Source: Mantamonas sphyraenae STR306 (lineage: Eukaryota; Protista; CRuMs). Taken from it: a DNA stretch of 64,000 bases. Under the pieces are notes generated by a model. The model was not told the origin of the DNA. It did no database searches and worked only from the letters and a program-made list of their open reading frames with translations. The DNA lies in contig JAPMXV010000058.1 of assembly GCA_026936335.1 (NCBI GenBank), forward strand, positions 62,001 to 126,000. The letters are read 5' to 3'. This document shows, one piece after another, positions 59,107 through 64,000 of this stretch. Numbering within the stretch: position 1 is the stretch's first letter; the number at the start of each line of letters is the position of its first letter. Position numbers and translations under genes: made by a program.

Positions 59107-60457
59107 TCAATCACTCCATTCCTCATCCTCCCCCTCTCCATCCTCGTCGGTGCTCCATTCCTCGTCATCGTCATCGTCTTCATCCTCATCTGTGCTCCAC
59201 TCTTCATCCTCCTCGTCCTCTTGTGTCGTGTTTCTGAACAGCTCGAAGTTGCGACGGCTTCACACCGACCCCATTGCCCATCCCAGGCATCATGGGCATG
59301 GGAAGCCCCACTCCCATCACCTTTTTCGGTTGGATGGCCACCACCTTTGCTGCCTCCTTCTCCTCTCGTCACTCCATGCCTCCTCCTGCTCGTCTTCCTC
59401 GTCCACCTCCTCCTCTTCATCACCTGTTTTGCCCCTGCCTTGCTTGTCTGCTCGTCTGCCTTCTTCTCCCCACGCACCAGATTGCCCTGTTCGTCCACCA
59501 CCACCGCCCGTTGCTTGCTCTTGGCGGCCATCAGCTGCGCTGCCAGTTCGTTGGCTTCCTTGGCCGCCTCTTCTACCCTGGCACCCTCCTCCTTCTCCTG
59601 CTTGCCTCCGGCCTCCTCTGCGCCCTTGTCTTCGCCATTGTGTGCTGACAGGGCGGCTGCAGTCAGAGGCACGCCCTGTGCCTTGCTGCTCCTGCTGCTG
59701 CTTGTCTCGGGTCCGGTTTGGCTCTCGTTGCCGGGACCTCCTCGCCCGCCGCCTCCTTGCCCTTCCTCTTCTTCTTGCCCTCCTTCTTGCTCTTCTTTTC
59801 TTTCCTCTTCTTCTTCTTCTTCTTCTTCGTCTTGCCCGACTCGTCGTCCTCCCCGGTGCCACTGCTGCTTGTGCGGCTGCTCATTCCTGCTCCGCTGCGG
59901 TCCAACTTGCCCTCGGCCGCCTTGCGCACCGTCTCCTCGCGGAAATCCTTGTCGCCCCTCTTCTTGCCCCCGGTGATGCTGCCATACACACGTGCAGCCT
60001 CTTCCCGCTCCTCTGTCGTGATGTCCGAGTCGTCCAGGCCCAGCAGGCCCGGCATGTGTGCAATCACGTACAGCCGGTAGTCTTTGTACTGCTTCAGCGT
60101 GCCGCCGTTGAAGTAGTTCGGGCACGCCTCGTTGTTCAGCATGCTCAGATACTTCAGATTCACAAAGGCCGCCTTCAGATTGGTCACAAACACAGGCAGG
60201 TTCTTCACGTGGTTGTGGTTCACCCACAACACCTCCAACGAGCTGATTTTCGGGAACCGCGTGTGTGCACTGACCCGATTCTTGTCCAACACCAGCGTCT
60301 TGAGCTTGTGAAAGTCTGCCAGTGGCGACACGTCGTCGATATAGTTGTCCGTCAGGTCCAGCTCCACTGTGCTCTCTGCAAACTGCTCCACAATGCCCGC
60401 GTTGATCTCTTTCAGATCCTTGTACGCCAGGCTCAAGCGGCCATCCTGCATCGACAT
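59107..60457 (-). CDS. LRMDA/C10orf11-like (U2A'-type) LRR protein with a long charged tail; about 4 indels in the tail
   Basis: LDLTDNYI, LKTLVLDKN, LWVNHN and LRRcap LSMLNNEACPNY...YRLYVI...LDDSDIT. The tail reconstructed across frames ends EDEEWSD* at 59107. Confidence 0.75.
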
Positions 60458-61027
60458 CCTCCCTCACTTGTTTCCCGCAGCGCACCGTCGCCACCCGTTC
60501 CACACGTGCCTCCCAACTACAACCACATCACAACAACAACAACCACAACAGCACAATGGGAATCAACGTGCACAATGCGCAGTCAGTTGAGCGCGCTTTT
60601 GCAGGTACACGCACAGGGGCAATAAAGTATTGAAACAGCCACATGTCCTTGTCATGTCGGTGCTCCATGGTGTGCTTGCTCAATCGATAGTCCCTCAGCA
60701 GGGATTGCAGCGGTTGAAACCCGCTGCAATCCCTCCTGGAAATGAACTCAGTGTCGTACGAATCGTCCATGTCATCTAAGTACGTCTCTACCGTGCACAC
60801 TCGCGCCTGGGTTCGTACCCATTGCATGGAAAAGACAATACCAGCGTGGAGACTGGGATCCCCTGGTAGTGCGTCCCCATCACCTGAACCTGCGGCTACC
60901 CGTTGATTCCAATGCACTTGGCCGCACACCCCTCTATTCACCTGCTGCACCGGCGTGTATTAGCTCGCCGTCTGATTGAGCAGCGGGTTTGCAGCCCGAG
61001 CAGAACCAACGTGCGACTGTGCCAGGT

Positions 61028-64000
61028 ATGGTCCTCACGCGTGGAGACCACCGTCGCGACGCGTCCAAAAAGTACAATTGCAACCTTTCGGATGTTGAGA
61101 TGGACGCTGCCTGGATACACGACGAGTACAGGGCAAACGGAAAATCACCGCCAAGAGTGCAAATTCACCCGTCCGCCTTCCACTTCCTGCGCCATACAAC
61201 AGGCAAATCGCATCGCTGTCGGGTTCCCATTGCATCGGAGGAGCATTTCCGTGTGGTTCTGAGGCTGATGCGGTATGCAATTAGCACCTTGACCAGGTAT
61301 AGGGTCGACACAGAGGGCGCGCTGCAGTTCCAGCTGGTTTGTGCGCTTCTGTCGCTGGTGGCTGGTGTCGGGGTGTATGATGTCCCCCAGAAGACTCTGC
61401 ACATGTTCAAGCGACACTCTACCATCATCACCACCACCCCAATCATCATGGAAGCGGCCTACAGTGCGTCCGACGTCGCGCAGAACACGGGGAATGCAAC
61501 GTCTGCTCTGAAACGCGCAGTTTGTGACGCAGCACAGAGCGGAGCCCTGTGTCGCGACTGCGGTTGGGTTACTGAAACCGGCCTCTACACGGGTGACCAG
61601 TTGACGGCTCTGGCCGAGACGCTCTCGGCTGAAACGGAGCGCAAGTTCGAGATTGAAACATGCGTTTCTCCAAGGCACCCTATACCGGGCAGCCACGTCT
61701 CTTCCTGTTTCAACATGACCCAACGCACGGATCCCAACACGCGTCCCGTCGTCCACATGGCGGATAGTCTGAGCACTCGCGAAATGCGCGACGGGTTCGG
61801 CGGGAAGAAGCGCAATCCTGCACATCAGCCTCAGGTGTCAGCGGGCGAAACGCACGATTGCACGCAATTGTTTGTGTTGCACGTGGAAGACATGATCGTA
61901 CGCCACATGGCAGCTGCATCTGCTCCCGCGAAACCCAGCTCCCCCCTGGACAGGGCACCGGCAGGTTCGTCAACGCCACTCTGCACCTCAAGCACATCCA
62001 GCTCCTCCTCCTCCTCCTCTTCTTCTTCTTCTTCCTCCTCCTCCTCTTCTTCTTCTTCCTCCTCCTCCTTTTCTTCTTCTTCCTCCTCCTCCTCTTCTTC
62101 TTCTTCCTCCTCCTCCTCCTCATCGTCATCAGTGCTAGACAAGGCCGTGGATTCCTTTTGCGATGAGTTGGATGAGTTGCGAGGTCGATTCAACATGGCT
62201 CCGGACACGGTCACACTCTATCTCCAGAGAAACACCGTGGCTTCGGTGGACACGACTCTGGCCCAGTTCAACAGGAGGGAACTGGTTTTGGAAGCCGAAC
62301 TTGCGCACAAGTTTGACATCTCGGTGTCTCACGTCCACACTGCAGTCAAGCAGAGGTGCGAGCAGAGAGGCGTGAAGGTTGTTGAGCATACTGCCGCAAC
62401 GTCAAGGTGCCTCCGGGATGCTTGTGACGGTGAAACCTTGCTGTGGTGCCCAACCAACGATGGGACTGTGCTTCGGGCCGGTATTTGGGTCAACGCACAA
62501 GGCGATGCCATCAGACTGATCCAAGACGACCATGCCGAAAGGCTTGTCTGCGCAATCCTCTGTGGCTCGACGACTCTGGATGTGTCGATGTCATTGGTGG
62601 GCGAGACGCACAAGGCGGTGGACATGGTGCGAGCTGGCGGTCTGCTGAATCTCAAAACTGTGATCAAAACCGCAGGGTTGAGCAGGTTGCGCAAGCCAGA
62701 GAGAGACCAGCTGCACGCTGAGACCGTCCGAGCCATGTGCTCCGTGCTTAGTTCGGCTGCCCTGGACCGTGTCAACGAGCGTCTGACCGAACATCTCACC
62801 CACACGACACTGGCTTCGTGCTCCCTGGACGGCCACGGCGAGGACGAGGTGTCCATCCAGGGCACAGAGTGTCTCCTGGAAGCGATGCGTGCCATGCCAC
62901 CGAGGGCAGCTGGAGTCATGGCCGACGTGCTTCGCCGATTCCCGCATGGAACACGCGTGCGGGATGTGATTGCTCTGGTGCACGAAGCAGTGGAAGCACA
63001 GCCGACAGAGCGACCATCTGTCGGTGTCAGCCGTACCTGCGTTTTTGTGCGCCGCAGGATGGTTCATGGGCGTACCCTCCATCTGTTCCTCGAGCAGGAC
63101 TCCATCGAGTGCGGGTCACTTTTGCAAGCAATGGGTGTCCAACACGTGTTGGACGCACTGAATGGTGCTCAGCTGGAGGAGTGGGCATGCGTCATCCGCC
63201 GTTTGGTGCAAGCAGAACAGGACCTCGTGTCAAGCGCCAAGGCAGAGGCCGATGCCACGGAGTATGTGGAACAAGATACCTGGAACGAGTTTTTGGCAGC
63301 ACTGGACAAATTCGAGGAATCAAATGCACTGACGCAAAGGTTCAGCCAGTCGACGACCAAACACGACTCGGCAACGATCGAGCAGCTGCGTGCGTCTGCC
63401 CCGAAGGCCAGCAAGGTGCTCTCCTTGCCCACAGGAGTGAAGCTGATGCGCATTGTTCCGCACAAACCCAAGAAGCCAAAGGCAGAACGGCCGCTGCTGA
63501 GCGAGTCGTGGCCGGACTTCTTGAGCGACAAGCTGGGACGCATTGTCAAGGGTGTCGCAAACGCGACTGTGACACACACAGACGTCCTCACAAGCAAGTC
63601 TGTCAAGTTTACGCGAAGCAAAGGCCAGGTGAGGCAGGTGGAGCACGGCAGCGAGCCGCTGGCAGGCATGGCGGCCGAAGTGCAAGATGCGGATCGAAGG
63701 GGGTACGAAAAGCAGCGGCACGAGCTGCTTCTCCACTTGGACGGCATTCTTCCAAACTCCTCAAGCAAGGAAGAAGATGTGACGGAAGAGGGGGAGGGGA
63801 AGGAGAAGGAGACGAGTGAGGGGAAGGGGAAGGGGAAGGCGGCGGTGGAAGCGATGGACACCCAGTGCGAACTGCCTGCCGTGCTGGCGAAGGACGAGCA
63901 GTTGGAGGCCGTGGAAACGCTGGAGGAGATGGAAGAAGACGATCAACAGCGCCGGATCGAGGACATCGAGCGCATTGACACGCGGCTCAACTCGGTGCAG
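61028..64000 (+). CDS. Large orphan ORF (at least 990 codons, runs off the window end) with a roughly 50-residue poly-Ser tract
   Basis: Manual translation shows no stop from ATG 61028 (MVLTRGDHRRDASKKY...) through the TCN repeat to base 64000 (...RIDTRLNSVQ). It is absent from the supplied track because it has no stop in the window. The 5' end may extend upstream via an indel or intron. Confidence 0.7.
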   Translation, partial: MVLTRGDHRRDASKKYNCNLSDVEMDAAWIHDEYRANGKSPPRVQIHPSAFHFLRHTTGKSHRCRVPIASEEHFRVVLRLMRYAISTLTRYRVDTEGALQFQLVCALLSLVAGVGVYDVPQKTLHMFKRHSTIITTTPIIMEAAYSASDVAQNTGNATSALKRAVCDAAQSGALCRDCGWVTETGLYTGDQLTALAETLSAETERKFEIETCVSPRHPIPGSHVSSCFNMTQRTDPNTRPVVHMADSLSTREMRDGFGGKKRNPAHQPQVSAGETHDCTQLFVLHVEDMIVRHMAAASAPAKPSSPLDRAPAGSSTPLCTSSTSSSSSSSSSSSSSSSSSSSSSSSSFSSSSSSSSSSSSSSSSSSSSVLDKAVDSFCDELDELRGRFNMAPDTVTLYLQRNTVASVDTTLAQFNRRELVLEAELAHKFDISVSHVHTAVKQRCEQRGVKVVEHTAATSRCLRDACDGETLLWCPTNDGTVLRAGIWVNAQGDAIRLIQDDHAERLVCAILCGSTTLDVSMSLVGETHKAVDMVRAGGLLNLKTVIKTAGLSRLRKPERDQLHAETVRAMCSVLSSAALDRVNERLTEHLTHTTLASCSLDGHGEDEVSIQGTECLLEAMRAMPPRAAGVMADVLRRFPHGTRVRDVIALVHEAVEAQPTERPSVGVSRTCVFVRRRMVHGRTLHLFLEQDSIECGSLLQAMGVQHVLDALNGAQLEEWACVIRRLVQAEQDLVSSAKAEADATEYVEQDTWNEFLAALDKFEESNALTQRFSQSTTKHDSATIEQLRASAPKASKVLSLPTGVKLMRIVPHKPKKPKAERPLLSESWPDFLSDKLGRIVKGVANATVTHTDVLTSKSVKFTRSKGQVRQVEHGSEPLAGMAAEVQDADRRGYEKQRHELLLHLDGILPNSSSKEEDVTEEGEGKEKETSEGKGKGKAAVEAMDTQCELPAVLAKDEQLEAVETLEEMEEDDQQRRIEDIERIDTRLNSVQ
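62003..62131 (+). repeat. (TCC/TCT)n trinucleotide tract encoding poly-Ser
   Basis: Alternating blocks of TCC and TCT, in frame with ORF 61028-64000. Confidence 0.85.

Noticed and set aside
61831-62214. Minus-strand poly-Glu ORF and poly-Arg/Lys ORF (61710-62129)
   Set aside because: Alternative readings of the (TCC/TCT)n repeat, which lies in frame in a much longer plus-strand ORF.
1-64000. Alternative genetic code or stop-codon reassignment
   Set aside because: Conserved exons contain no in-frame stops. TGA, TAG and TAA all terminate genes at plausible C-termini, and breaks are frame changes rather than read-throughs.
1-64000. Non-canonical introns or introner-like repeated introns
   Set aside because: All inferred coding-region introns are GT-AG, and I saw no shared sequence between them beyond splice signals and CA/TG microsatellites.
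1-64000. CRISPR array, rRNA, tRNA, telomeric repeat or prokaryotic operon
   Set aside because: No repeat-spacer array or RNA-gene-like segment was seen, and almost all sequence is assigned to eukaryotic CDS or introns. Small intronic ncRNAs cannot be excluded by eye.

Overview
Very gene-dense, GC-rich eukaryotic nuclear sequence with short canonical GT-AG spliceosomal introns. It is probably from a flagellated protist, since it encodes both talin and the centriolar protein POC5. About 24 protein-coding genes cover nearly the whole window. In order they are: an ankyrin-PH protein (5'-partial), poly(A) polymerase, MadBub (Bub1/BubR1), PRP16/DHX38, a POT/PTR transporter, an orphan, talin, a WD40-ankyrin protein, POC5, ABCA, EMC7, a MYND-finger protein, a kynurenine aminotransferase, two RCC1-BTB-BTB paralogs flanking an LRR-ankyrin gene, an orphan, a crotonase with PTS1, ATR, a second LRR-ankyrin gene, PPT1, an extended SDR/epimerase, an LRMDA-like LRR protein, and a 3'-partial orphan ORF of at least 990 codons missing from the supplied track. 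I saw no rRNA, tRNA, CRISPR array or recognisable transposon. About 20 single-base indels, mostly in short homopolymers, break otherwise intact genes and are most likely long-read consensus errors. The most notable signals are genome-level: (1) multi-kb purine/pyrimidine strand-skew domains that ignore gene orientation and flip inside genes, (2) intergenic gaps mostly of 9-145 bp, and (3) a TGA-dominated stop context with an A(A/G)TGAA motif at or beside many stops. Several proteins also have unusual motif additions. Exon boundaries were inferred by eye and skew boundaries are approximate.
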